Below, piece after piece: positions 44,168-60,119 of a stretch of 64,000 nucleotides of DNA. The stretch spans positions 1,376,001 through 1,440,000 of the forward strand of contig CM000150.2 of NCBI GenBank assembly GCA_000004695.1. The letters are read 5' to 3'. Within the stretch, counting starts at the first letter, position 1; every line of letters begins with the position of its first letter. The notes beneath the pieces were generated by a model. It saw nothing but the letters and a program-made list of their open reading frames with translations. It was not told where the DNA came from and searched no databases. A program made the translations under genes and the position numbers. This stretch comes from Dictyostelium discoideum (taxonomy: Eukaryota).

Positions 44168-46262
44168 ATGTATGAACAAAAAGTTGCAATTGATATAGTA
44201 AAAGAAAGCTTTGGTGATGATGTTACTGTAAGTTTCAAATTTTTTTTTTTTTTTTTTTTTTTTATAAAAAGATTATAGATTATTTATTTTAATATTTTTT
44301 ATTTTTTTCATTTTTTTATAGAAAGTATTTGAATTTTTAGTTCAAAGAGGTAAATCATCATATAAAATTATAAATCAATCATTAAGTGGTAAAGGAGGGT
44401 TAACAATAAAGAGGATAAAGCAATGTTTATTAGTATTGATTCAACATAATTTAGTGACATATGAAGAGTTTTTATTACCATTAACTAAAGATGAAATTGA
44501 AAAATTAGTACCTGGTGAACCGTTACCATCAGATTCGGTATATGAGGCTATAATTGTGAATGCAATTCATAGATTAAGATTCCCAAAATTCATAAATTAT
44601 ATAAAACATTCAAAAGGTGATGAAGCAGCATACATTTTAGAGGAGTTGATAGACCATGGTAGGTTGCCGATGGATTTGTTAATTAAACAAGCCTCACAGA
44701 TTCAAAGAGTTGATACATTCGAAGATCAAGATGATATCACTAAACGATTCGAAGATACATTTACAAAGTTAATTATGGATCAATTCATTATGAGAGCACC
44801 TCGTCCAAGACCAGTCTCTGATCAAGAGACAAGTAATGCTCTCTCTAAAGAGGCAAAGAAAGTTGGTGGTGGTGGTGCCAATGGTAACAATGTTGGTGCA
44901 CATCAAAAGAAAGATTCTGATCCATTTGCATTACCAAGTGTTGGTTTCTCATCTAATGGTCCATTATCCTCTGTTGATAATAGTGCAAATGATGCCGAGT
45001 CTTTAGAGATTTTAACTGGTAAGTCATCAACAACAACAATACCATCACAACCAAAAAAAGGTACAGCAAAGAAAACTTCTGCAAAACCAAAATCAACAGC
45101 AATAAACACTACTGCAACTGCATCACTTGGTAGAAAAAGAAAGTCAAGAGATATTTATGATGAAGATGATGATGAAGAACCAGATTTATTAGTAATTGAA
45201 GAGAATGTAGAAATTAATGTAAATGATCATAATTCAGCAAATAAAAATAGTACTACAACCACCACTACTACTACAACAAAGACAGGACAACATACATTAA
45301 AAAAGAGTAAATTAGATCAGTCATCATCAACAACAACAACATCTTCACGTCAACAACAAAATGGTATGGATCAACAACGTATAATTGATGAAAGTAGAGT
45401 ATTATGGACAATAAATTATGAACAATTTATTATTGAATTTAAATTGAAAGCATGTTATGATTTCGTTACTGAAAAGAATAATCAACAGTCTGGTTTATTA
45501 TTTAATGCAATGGTAAAACTTTGTAAACGTTCAATTCGTTCCAATCAAGATTCATTGACAAGTTGTGTTTATGGTGAAAATATCTTGGAGGAGTATAATC
45601 GTGATTTAGACTCGTCAAAGAAAATGGATAAACTTCAAATTGAAAAGTATTTATCGATTATGCAGGCATCACGTCCATCTATGGTCACAAAGATGGTTTC
45701 AAAATCAAAACAATCCTCATCATCGGAATTGGGCGCTTACCAAGTCAACGTTGGTAATATCATTGGTATCATTAAACAAAAGATGGTGGAATCAATCATT
45801 AAACAAAAGTTTGGCGATAACGGTCTTAGAGTATTCAAACTACTCTTAATTAAAAACTTATTAGAACCAAAACAAATCGCAGAGTTGGCTATGATCCCAC
45901 CAAATGAATGTAAAGCACTATTGTTCAATATGATGCAAAAGAATATCATTCGTCTTCAAGAGATACCTCGTTCATCAGATCATTTCGCAAATCGTACTTT
46001 TTATTTATTCTTTGTTGATTTACCAACTATCATTGCAACTTTTACTGAAGATATTTTCAAAGCTATCTACAATACTCGTGAACGTTTAAAATCAGAGTTG
46101 GAACCTCATAAAGATGCTTTAGAGAAATTAACTCAATTAGATGAAGATCAAATCACTGAAGATCAAGCTAAAATTTATAAGAAAACTGATAGAATTACTC
46201 AAACACTTTTAACAGTAATTTTAAATTTAGATAATGATTTATTACATCTTTATAGTTTTTAA
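44168..46262 (+). CDS. RNA polymerase III subunit C3 (RPC3/RPC82; POLR3C/RPC62 ortholog). Proposed structure is join(44168..44227,44322..46262).
   Basis: The 20-codon first exon MYEQKVAIDIVKESFGDDVT joins through a GTAAGT donor and TTTTTTTATAG acceptor to KVFEFLVQRGKSS..GGLTIKRIKQCLLVLIQHNLVTYEE..RLRFPKFINYIK. The C-terminal region LRVFKLLLIKNLLEPKQIAELAMIPPNECKALLFNMMQKNIIRLQEIPRSSDHFANRTFYLFFVDL matches human POLR3C ARIFRLVLQKKHIEQKQVEDFAMIPAKEAKDMLYKMLSENFMSLQEIPKTPDHAPSRTFYLYTVNI. Confidence 0.8.
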
Positions 46263-47637
46263 AAAAAAAAAAAAATAATAAAAATAAAAAAAAATAAAAT
46301 ATTTTTTTAAAAAAAAAGGTATAAAATTTTTATTATCACTATTTTATTTACATTTTTGATTTTTTTTTTTTTTTTTATATTTGGATTGTTATTAATAAAT
46401 TATAGTATATTATTATTATTATTATTATTATTATTTTTTTATTTTTTTATTTTATTATTTTTTATTTTTTATTTTTTATTATTTTTTATTTTTAATTTTT
46501 TTTTTTTTTTTTTTTTTATTATTATATCTATTTTTTTTATTATTTTTTTATTTTTTATTTTTTTTGTTTTATTTTTTTTTTTATTATTTATTATATTATT
46601 ATTTTTTATTTTATTATTTATTTTATTATTTCTTTTATTATTTTTTTTATTTTTTTTGGAGTCTATTATTTTTATTATTATTATTATAAGTATTTGAATA
46701 TTTTTTTTGAATTTTATTTTTTTTATAAATTGATTTATTTTTGGAATTTTTTGTTTGTATCCATTGGATGACAAAAGTATCTCTACGAATATCATCTTTG
46801 ATTTTTGATAAAGTTTTTTTGATTTTTCCGTTATTTGGTTTTTTTTTTTTATATTTTTTTAGCAACAATTATAATATTTCTCCTAGTGATTTATTAAGAT
46901 CAAAAGAAGAATAATTATTGCTATTATAAGTTGTAATATTATAATTTGAATTTTGAAAAAGTATTGGTACTAAAGATTATTTATTTTTAAAATTTTTTTT
47001 TCAAAGCTAAAAATTATTTAAGTAAATAAAAAAAAAAAAAAAAAAATTTATTAATATCATATGTTAATTATTAATTTAAAAATAGAGAGGAAAAAAAAAA
47101 AAAAAAAAAAAAAATTAAAAATAATAATAATAATAATAATAATAATAATTTACTCTTAATTTTAATTAAAAAAAGACATTTGGTTGAAAAAAAAAATAAA
47201 TGTAAAAATAAATAACTTTTTATTAGTGATAATAAATAGTAATGTTATAAAGAGTAATTAGATTAATTTTAGAATAAAGGCTTTCTTGTTTTATTTTGCT
47301 TAAAACTGTAATTTTTTTAAAAAAAACAAAACGCCGTTTTGTTTGAAATTCTAAGAAAATCCATTTTTTTAAAAAAAAAAAAATTCAAAAAAAAATAAAT
47401 TTTTATTATTTTTTTTATTTTATTTTTTTTGAATTAAAATTATTTTTATTTTTATTATTTTCATTTTAATTTCATTTCGAATACATATTTTAAAGGATTT
47501 TTATTTTTAAAATTTAATTTAAAATTAAATTTATTCTATTTTCACCGCCTTTAATCTAAAAAAAGAATTTAAAAAATCGATTTTGATTTTTTATTTAAAT
47601 TTTTTTTTTATTTTTTGTTTTTTTCACCACAAAAATT

Positions 47638-50439
<2,802 letters not shown>

Positions 50440-50533
50440 TTTTTTTAAAAAAAAAAAAAAAAAAATATATTTATTTAATAATAATAAAAAGAAAAAAATA
50501 ATTTTTGGATTTATAAATATATAAATATTTTTT

Positions 50534-50559
<26 letters not shown>

Positions 50560-50577
<18 letters not shown>

Positions 50578-51260
50578 ATTTTATTTAAAAATGCACAACC
50601 ATTAATTTTTCAAAAGGTTGATTCAAGTTCATTAGAAATTATTAATGTTCTCTTTGTGAATTGAACATCATTACAGTTTATAGATTTACTATCTTTTTAA
50701 ATAAATCGTAAAGTTTTTAAATGTTATGGTTTATTTAATTTCATTAAAATCAGATATTAGAATTGAAAGTGTTAGAATGGAATCATTTAAAAATTCATTA
50801 ATTTCACTTTAAAGTGATTTTTCAGCACAAATATTCAATTGTCAATTACTTTAAAATCCATTTGGATTAAAATCATTTTTTTATATAAATTCATGTCAAT
50901 AGTGATTTTAGAGATAATTGAAATATGGAAAATCTGATTTCATTTTTTAGTGTTTTTCGAAAAAATTAAATGCTTCTTTGATGAAACGATAAAGAATTTC
51001 AATTAAAGGAGTACCAAAATTCAGGTACATTGTTTAATTCTTTCTGATATATATCGTTAATATTCATTCTTTTAAAAATAGAAAATTATGCAATTGTAAT
51101 TATATTTATTTTATAAATAAAAAAAAATTTTAACCATTTTAAGTTTGTTATTAATCATAAAGAGATTACAGATTAAATAAAAAAAAATTTTATTTAATTA
51201 GTAATCTCTTAATTTTTAAAGATTTGGCCAATTTATTTTTTATTTCCATATGCGTTCATA
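50560..51260. other. About 700 bp of non-coding sequence that is unusually complex (not homopolymeric, moderately AT) for this genome. It could be a degenerate element fragment, a UTR or a non-coding RNA locus. It includes a perfect 11-bp-stem hairpin TAAGAGATTAC..(31 nt)..GTAATCTCTTA at about 51160-51215.
   Basis: The composition contrasts with the flanking (A)n/(T)n-dominated spacers. All frames have stop codons, and the inverted repeat was seen directly. Confidence 0.3.
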
Positions 51261-51818
51261 AAAAAAGTAGTATAAATTTTTAATTTTTTTTTTTTTTTTA
51301 TTATTTTTATTATTTTTATCTATTTAAACTTATATATTAATAGTATAATATATAATAAAATTATTGGTCAGCAATGGTAATGTGTAGAATAAGAAATTAA
51401 TTGATAATTTTCATAAGCTAATGAAAATCTTTTTTTTTATTAGGATTTACTGATGAAAATTCAATTTCTCAATTATCATCTATCGGTCAACTATTGAATA
51501 TTGGTATCAATAAAAGAGATGCTACATACTCAATGATGAAGATATATGTAAAACAAAATATAAATTTATTGAACCGAAATATAATATTTGAAAACCAAAA
51601 AAAAAATTGTTTTCAAGGTACTATGATAGCAAATTGAATTTAGTTAATTGAATGTTGATTTTAAAGATTGGAATATCAAAAAAACTATTTCAGGAAATGA
51701 TTCAATAATTAAGTGTTTATTTAAAACTTTCTAAAATATAAAGTTTACCGGTGTAAGTTCTTTTAAGAATTCTGTTTCAGAGAATTTTATCTAATCAATT
51801 TCAAATGATACATTTGAA

Positions 51819-52250
51819 TTGGTAGGTTCTAGAAGCACAGATTTTAATTGTTATACTGATTGGATACTTTATGAAAAGAAGTTTTCAAACAAAGCCTTTT
51901 TCGTCCACTTGATTGGTAATTGCAAACTTGATAAATACCTTACAACTCATGCTAGTTATGGTGGTATTATGACATATTTAGATTTATTAAATTCTATGTC
52001 AACAGGTAGAAATGAATTATTTGGATTCTTAATTAGCGACAAAAGGATTGTTTTTATCAAAAGTAATTACAATAAAGGTGTTTTATCACAGGTTAGCATT
52101 ACAAAACCCATTCACCTTAGTAAAGGTTTTATATATTTAAAAAGTCTTGTAAATTATTTGAAACCAAGAGATTTTCCAAATGATATTGGTGATTTTATTA
52201 ATTATCAGTTCCAAGAGGTGGAATGTGTCGGAAGTGGTGTTTCTTCTTAA
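51819..52250 (+). CDS. Hypothetical protein fragment, probably one exon of a multi-exon gene spanning about 51430-52640 together with ORF 52341..52634 (Ser/Thr-repeat tail encoded by (TCAACA)n).
   Basis: The track 'Met' is a TTG. Upstream (51432-51600) and downstream (52341-52634) same-strand ORF pieces with splice-like borders suggest one spliced gene. No family is recognised. Confidence 0.3.
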   Translation: MVGSRSTDFNCYTDWILYEKKFSNKAFFVHLIGNCKLDKYLTTHASYGGIMTYLDLLNSMSTGRNELFGFLISDKRIVFIKSNYNKGVLSQVSITKPIHLSKGFIYLKSLVNYLKPRDFPNDIGDFINYQFQEVECVGSGVSS

Positions 52251-52912
52251 AAATATTAAAAGGTATACCACAATTCTTAGGACAAGGAAATAGCAGAATC
52301 TAATAGAAATGATCCAAATTCAATTATTAGTAATTGGGTAATGGCAAAAGTATTTACTCAACTTCAATATTATCCTGAAGCGATTATATTAGCACAAGAA
52401 GTTCACTATAGTGGATTAAAAAAATTAATTTTAGAGATTAAAGAAAAAACCACATCACCCCCTGATTGGAACAAGTTTTCAGGAAAAGTTAGTATAAATG
52501 AACCAACTACTTCAAAATCAAAATCAAAATCAACATCAACATCAACATCAACATCAACATCAACATCAACATCAACATCAACATCATCATCAACATCATC
52601 AACATCATCAACAACATCATCAATAAATAAATAAATAAATAAACGTGCCAACATTGTTTGTTTTCTATTTTAGATAATATGGTTGGTTGATTTTGAAAAA
52701 AGAATTTTTATCTTTAATTCTCAGTCCCAGACTAATAGAATCACTAATTTAGCCAATGTGGTTCCAAAGGTTAAATAAATATTTAGGATCAAATAAATTT
52801 TAATTTAACGAGTTTTTTAATATCTTTTTTTTAAAATTTATTTTTATTTTTATGCGTTGACGATTATTATAAATTATTGTTTATTTTATTTTATTTATTT
52901 TATTTATTTTTA

Positions 52913-55383
52913 TTATAAATTATTAAATGATTTTGATAGTTTTGTTAATCTAATAGTTTTATCTAAAGAACCAGTTATAATAACATCACTTTGAGATGAA
53001 GAATTCCAATCACAAGTTACTACAGGACCAGTATGACCAGAAATTTGAAGTATTGGAGAAGATTGATCGATATTATACAATAGTGCAAATTTATTATTTG
53101 TACCAACTAAAAATGAAGATTGATTATGATTGAAAGAGATTTTAGTTGTACGATGAGGGTCAACCAAGAAACCAGGATAATCATATTCTTTCACTGGTTT
53201 ACCCATACTATGAATATTCCATTGATATAATTTACCATCTTTACCCAATGAGTAGAGTCTATTCTCATCGGAAGAGAATTGAACCGATAGAATTTCATTT
53301 GAATGTGCTTGCCAACCAGCAATTGGCGAACCAGATTTAATATCGAAAATTCTGATTGTACCATCGACACAACCAGTTGAAAGCAAAGTACCAGTGGAGT
53401 TAAAAGACATTGAATTAATGACAGCACCTGAGCTCGATAGTTTCTCTTCAGTTTTCAAAGTTCTCAAATTCCAAGTATAAACCACACCATCAGTTCTACC
53501 ATTGTTAATTGACGAGGTAGCAAATGAATTACCATTTGGATTGCATGCAATATCCTCAACTCTTGGAAACTCAATCGAGGTGTTAATATCACCGATCGCT
53601 TTATCGGTCAAACTATTCCAAATTTTAATCTTTGAATCTATCGTACCACATAGTAATAGTTTTGATCTATTTTCCCATTCCAAAGAGGCGACCTCAGAGA
53701 GACAATAGATAGTGGTTTGTCTACTACTAAAACCAACATTCCAAAGTCTAACAGTACCATCAATTGAAGAACTTGCAATCTTACTACCATTTGATAAGAA
53801 TTTACATCTTGTTATAGCTGATGAATGTGATGTACAAACCTCTTGTGATTCAATATTATAAACTAATTCACCATTTTCAATACCATCACTACCATTCAAT
53901 CCATTTGATGATTTCTTTTTAAATCCATTTTCATCAATTTCTGTCATTTCAAATCCTGATAAATTTAAATGTTGAAATCCATTATTATTTGTTACATTTG
54001 TATTTGTACCATTATTATTATTATTACTATTACTATTATTATTTGATGTATTTGTATTTGAATTTGAATTTGTATTTGTATTTGTATTTGAATTTGAATT
54101 TGTATTTGTATTTGTATTTGTGTTTGTATTTGTGTTTGTATTTGATGTATTATTATTATTAATATTATTATTACTATTAACACTATTTGTAGAAATTGAT
54201 TTTCTTGATCTTCCAATTCCAATCATTGGTTTATTATCATCATCATCCATTGCAGCGATATTTGTAGATGAAGTTGATCTTGGTTCAAATCTTTTACTAA
54301 CTCTTGAGAATGAATTAACTTCTCTTTCATTACTACTATTTAAATCATTACCGCTATTAAAATTATTTACATTTGATTCTTTTCTTTGACTTACATTACC
54401 AATTGTAAATCCACTATTGCTATTATTATTGCTATTATTATTTGATCCACTATTATTTTGATCTCTTTTATTTTGATATTCTAATTTATCAACTTGTGAT
54501 CTTAATTCTTCATTTATTGATAATAAATTTTCAACTTGTGTTTCTAATCTTTTTCTATTCTGTCTTTCTAAATTAAATTGTAAAATTTTTGGTAATGCTA
54601 AAAAAAATAAAAAAAAAAAAAAATAAAAAAAAAAAGTATTAATATGATAAAAAATAACAATTGAATTAATATTATGTATATACATACGTATGTTTTTAAA
54701 TATAGTTGATAAAAAATTTCTTAATGAAAGTGAAAATGCTTCTGACCAAGTTTTTGAAAAATAAATTTCAAATAATGGATCAGATTGTGGGTTTCTAATA
54801 TATGGTAATGCTATATTATAATTATGAGGAGATTAATAATAAATTAGAAATATATATATATATATTATAAAAATTAATAATGATAATTACCAAACCAAGA
54901 TTGCCAATCGGGATCTTTTAATAATTCTAAACTATATTGATCGAAAAATTCTTTAACTTTATCAATTTTATTATTATTTATTGCATAAATTACATAATAT
55001 TTTCGGAGAGATGATGATAATTTTTTAATTGTAGATTGTAAATCATTGTTATTGTTTCTATAAGATGTGTAACTACCATTACTATTATGATTTGAATTAT
55101 AATTATTGTTATTGTTATTATTATTATTATAGGCATTACTTTTATTGTAATCGATTTTACTAAAAAAAGTTATATCTAAGAAATTCCATAACTCTACTAA
55201 ATGGTTTATATCATAACTTGAAATATAAATATTAATTTGTTCTAATATTCTATCTACTTGAAATCCTTTTAATTTATCACCTTTCTTTTCTAATGAAAAG
55301 TAATGATTGGTTTGTGTAAATCCCCTAAATATTAAATATTCCTTTACAAGTTCATCCAAATAATTTAAATTTGAACTATTCAT
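52913..55383 (-). CDS. WDR91 homolog (LisH + CTLH-like N-terminus, coiled coil, C-terminal WD40 propeller). Proposed structure is complement(join(52913..54597,54688..54810,54891..55383)), about 766 aa.
   Basis: Exon 1 encodes LNYLDELVKEYLIFRGFTQTNHYF..KGFQVDRILEQI...IDKVKEFFDQYSLELLKDPDWQSWF, which matches human WDR91 DELVREYLLFRGFTHT / KGFRVDKIVDQL / [25 protein letters not shown]. Exon 2 (GTAATT donor, ATATAG acceptor) encodes ALPYIRNPQSDPLFEIYFSKTWSEAFSLSLRNFLSTIFKNI, matching WDR91 [38 protein letters not shown]. Exon 3 (GTATGT donor, TTTTAG acceptor) encodes a coiled coil (LERQNRKRLETQVENLLSINEELRSQVDKLE), an (ACAAAT)n-encoded Thr/Asn tract, and WD40 repeats (GTVRLWNV, KIKIWN, GTIRIFDI, DKTIRL). 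Confidence 0.8.
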
Positions 55384-55423
55384 TATATATATAAATATAA
55401 TAGAGGAGAATTCTTTTTTATTA

Positions 55424-55454
<31 letters not shown>

Positions 55455-55654
55455 TTATTATTATTATTATTATTTATTTTTTATTTTTTATTTTTTTATT
55501 TTTTGACCCCTTTAATTATTATTGAATTAATTTATTAAAACAAATATTTAATATATAATTATTAACACACAAATATGTTCAATGATATTTAGTTTAATTT
55601 CTTTTTTTTTTCTGATAATATCTTTTTTTTTTTTTTTTCACAAAATGGCGAATA

Positions 55655-55700
<46 letters not shown>

Positions 55701-56149
55701 ATTGAAAATTAAAAAAAAAAAAAAAAAAAAAAATAAATAAAAAACAATGGCATTTAATATCTTTGCTTATGCACAGAAAAAATAAAAAAAAAGTATTAAA
55801 ATAGATAACTCTTTTTTTTTTTTTTTTCCTACCATATTCTTAACTCATTTTTTTTTTTTTTTTTTTTTTTTTTTACTAGTTAATATATTAATTTTTATTA
55901 TTATTAATTATTATTATTATTTTTATTTTTAATTGAATTAAATTTTGTATTCAAAGTATGTGTCAAAAAAAAAAGTTTTTATTTTGGAATTTATAAATAA
56001 ATATTATTTTTTTTATTATTATTTTTTCTATTTTTTTTTTTAAAGTGGTAGTTGTATGAATATAAGTGGGAAATTATATATGTGTGTGTGTGTGATGATT
56101 AGATTAATACACTCCTTTTAAAGGAATTTTTATAATAAATAAATAATAT

Positions 56150-56183
<34 letters not shown>

Positions 56184-56725
56184 CTTTTTATTTACAAATT
56201 TGTGTTGGTATTAAACCCATCTAAAACATTATGTTTTTATTATTTTTTTTAATTTTATTTTTATTATTTTTTTTTTTTTTTAAATTTTGACCGTTATAAA
56301 AATAGCTCCAGATTTTAACCAATTACTTGGAGGTTTTTTGACTAATAATAGTCAATAAAAGTTATTTTTTAATAATTTTTAAATTGAAAAAAAAATTCTT
56401 TTTTTTTTTTTTTTTTTTTTTTCATTCTTATTTCAAATTGTTTTAATCCAAATAACAAAAATGTCAATTTTTAGTAGGTGATTAATTTGTTTAAAAAAAA
56501 ATAAAAAAAAAAATTTTTAATATATACTAAATATTTATTATTTTTTTTTTATAGGATCTCTCACATCATTAAGTAATTTCAATGTGAATAAAAATTATAA
56601 TAATAATAATAATAATAATAATATTAATAATATTGCCTCCACCAAAATTAGTCAAGAATCAAACCAAACTTCTTATTTAATTTTTGCACCATTAAAAAGA
56701 TCTTTTACATATAGTTGTTATATTT

Positions 56726-56771
<46 letters not shown>

Positions 56772-56946
56772 ATAATAAACAAATAATTAATTAAATAAAT
56801 AAAGCTTCTATTTATCCAAAAATTTAAATTATTATTATTATTATTTTTAATTTTTAAAATTTCATTTATTTTATATATGCATATATATATATTTTTTTTT
56901 TTTTTTTAATTAAAATTATTTTTATTTTATTTATTTTATTTTATTT

Positions 56947-58094
56947 TTATTGACAAATTTTAATAAAACCATCATCAGTACCAGCTAATAAAACATGATG
57001 TAATGGAAAGAAAGATAAACTTAAAATATTTGATTGTTTTGGAGTATTTAATTTTAAGCCATCAACTCTAAATGTATTTTGATTACCACCACCACTAGTT
57101 AATTGATAAGGATCATCTAAAAGTGTCATTGAAGATAATTTATGACCAGAGGAAACTATGAGATCATTTTGATAGAGGGAAGCATTTGTAATGTTATCTT
57201 TAAAACCTTTCCACATTTTTGAAATGATTGGTGGTGATTGATGAAGGTCCCATTGAATTACAGATTTATCACCACAAGAGATAAGATAACGTGATCCTTG
57301 AGCAATTAGCTTATTGACAGGACTATCATGATGTGATTTCCATTGTTCCAAGATTGTACCGGTTCTAGTGTCCAATAGAGTGATCATACCAGATGAAGAA
57401 CCTGTAGCAACCCAAGTTGGAGTAGCACTAGCAATAAAAGAGGAAGAAGAGAATTGGTTAGAGTTTGAGCCTATTAAATGGTCATTAGAGGTGGCAATAC
57501 AACGTATAGCTTGACCAGTTTGATATGCCAATGACCATTCGTGAGTCAATGAACCCATGGAAAGGTCATAGAACGATAGGGTTGATTCACAAGTTGAAGC
57601 AATTAAATATTTAGAAGAGATTGGCTCAAAACATGAGAAACTACCAGTTGGCTCATAAAATACATTCACCTTAATTTTACTCTCTGGGTCCCAAACTTGA
57701 ATGGAGGTAATATCACAACTTGCCACTAACGAGGATACAAAATGTACTGTATGAGCTGTATGCATATGTTGATTATAGGTTGTTAATGATTTAGTTGAAT
57801 CTAAACTCCAAATTTTAACAAGATTATCTTTTGAACCACTTATAAATCTTTCCTCAGATGGTGATACAGCCAATGATTTAATAGATGCATTATGTTCTTT
57901 ATATTGTGCGACTATATTACCTTGTAATGTAAATGTTTTATCACAAATTAAATCATCATAATCTTGATAATCATCTAATAAATAAGTTGAACTAATTTTT
58001 TGATCTAAAGTTTCTTCAATTATATCATATAATCCATCGTCTGAAACATATGGTGGTATAAAATTTAAACTATTTGGATTTTCATTATTATTAT

Positions 58095-58144
<50 letters not shown>

Positions 58145-59410
58145 ATTGTTGAATTTGTAGTTTTAATATTATTTTCTTTTATATAAATTCTCATTATATG
58201 TTCAATTAAAGAATTATCAGAGATTTCAGCTCTCATAACTTCAAAACCAATGATTCTTGCTAATTTATAATAAAGATAATAAGTCATTTCAGGTGAATAA
58301 ATACTACGTAATTGTTTTGTAGTTTCAGAATCACCACCAATTTTAGCATAACTATTATCACCGCTATAATCATAGAGATCTGAATAATTTGAAAAGAATT
58401 GTTGAACATACTTTAATATATAATTTTTTGTATGATTTACACCGATTCTACCAGAGATTCTTAATAAAGTTTCAGCCAATGGTAATAGTAATGAAGTATT
58501 TGAAGGATTTAATAATAATGAAGCCAATTGAGTCGATTCTTTTAGCAATGATCTTAATACTAAACCAGGTTTAACCAATAGGATTAATTCTTGTAATAAT
58601 GATAACAAAGTACATGGTATCGATTCAGATCTTGATGCTTTTGAAGAATGTTTTTGAATTAGTATGAAAATGGAAGGGAAATAAAATTTGACAATAACAT
58701 TTTCACCAAGACTTGAAGCTATTGCAACCAATGGTTCATTTAAATGTTGAAGACGTGGTTTAGTTAATGCAACCAATAGTGGATACATCATATGTCTAAT
58801 TGTTAATGGTATACCTAGGACTTTGGATATCTTTATCAATGCAGTTGTCAACATTTCATGATTTGGGTTATCCTTTGGATTGGTTTTAACACTGTCCAAT
58901 AGGAATGGTAGTATATGATGAATGTAAACGTCCCTTCCAAATCTTGAAACTATCATATCGATCATTGGTATTTGAATTAAATGACATTGTAATAGATGAT
59001 CGTCATGTCTCTGATATAGGGCTATCAGACATGGTAGTAGATAGCTAGTTGATAAATGTATACCTAATCTCTGTGATAACGGATCCAATAAATCTATTAA
59101 TGCCGATACCATAGTTTTAGAATCATAGAATAGTTCTAAAATAAATGGTAGAATTAAATCAATAGATTCATTTGGTAATGATGTCACAATACCAATATTT
59201 GCCAAAGTAAATGTTAATCTCTCCTCTGGTGTATTTAATGAATGATAATGAACCAAGAAATGGTACATCTGTTTAAAATAATTTGGAAATAATGATGATG
59301 ATAATAATTCATTTACTTCACTTCTTTCCATTGGATTTGGTTGAATTAATTTATCAACAATCTCTTTAACATTATTTGGTAAATTTGAAGTTATCATAAA
59401 TGATCCATTC

Positions 59411-59456
<46 letters not shown>

Positions 59457-60084
59457 TACTATTTGAATGATTTAAGAAATGATTTTCTAATCCTTTTGAT
59501 GTAAATAATGGATAACCTTGATATAATTCTGCTATAATACATCCTAATGCAAACATATCATTTGATTTTAATATTTCTAAATTACTTTGTTCTTTATTAT
59601 TTGAAAATATTTTAATTAATCCTTTATTCTTTTCATTATCTATTGATAACTCACTACTACCACTATTATTATCATTAAATTCTAATGGTCTGTAAATTGG
59701 TAATAAATTTTCAAAATTATGACCAAATTCATTATTTAATTCACAATTTAATAATGATTCTATAAATACATTTGGTTTTTTTTGTTGTGAATGATATGAT
59801 GCTACATTATTTTGTGTAGTGTTATTGTTATAGATAATGTATGGTTGAGTAGTAGAAGTAGTTGTATTAGTAGTAGTAGAAACATTTGTTGGTGATGATG
59901 AATAAATTATATTTGCATTAATACCAGTGACATCTTTATTCAATAATTCATATTCATATAATTCAAGTTCTAATTCAGCTGGTAATGGTTCAATTATATG
60001 TTCTTGATTTGTATAAATTGAAGATAAATCAGTTGTACTATTTGATACATTTGGTGGTGTTATTGGTCTAGTTGATTCACTATT

Positions 60085-60119
<35 letters not shown>

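Noticed and set aside
54874-55383. Treating ORF 54874..55383 (LisH/CTLH-like) as a separate small gene upstream of the WD40 ORF 52913..54685.
   Set aside because: A GTAATT donor 6 codons before its stop, an intervening 41-codon exon and matching phases join it to the WD40 ORF. The joined product is collinear with WDR91, so the two ORFs are exons of one gene.
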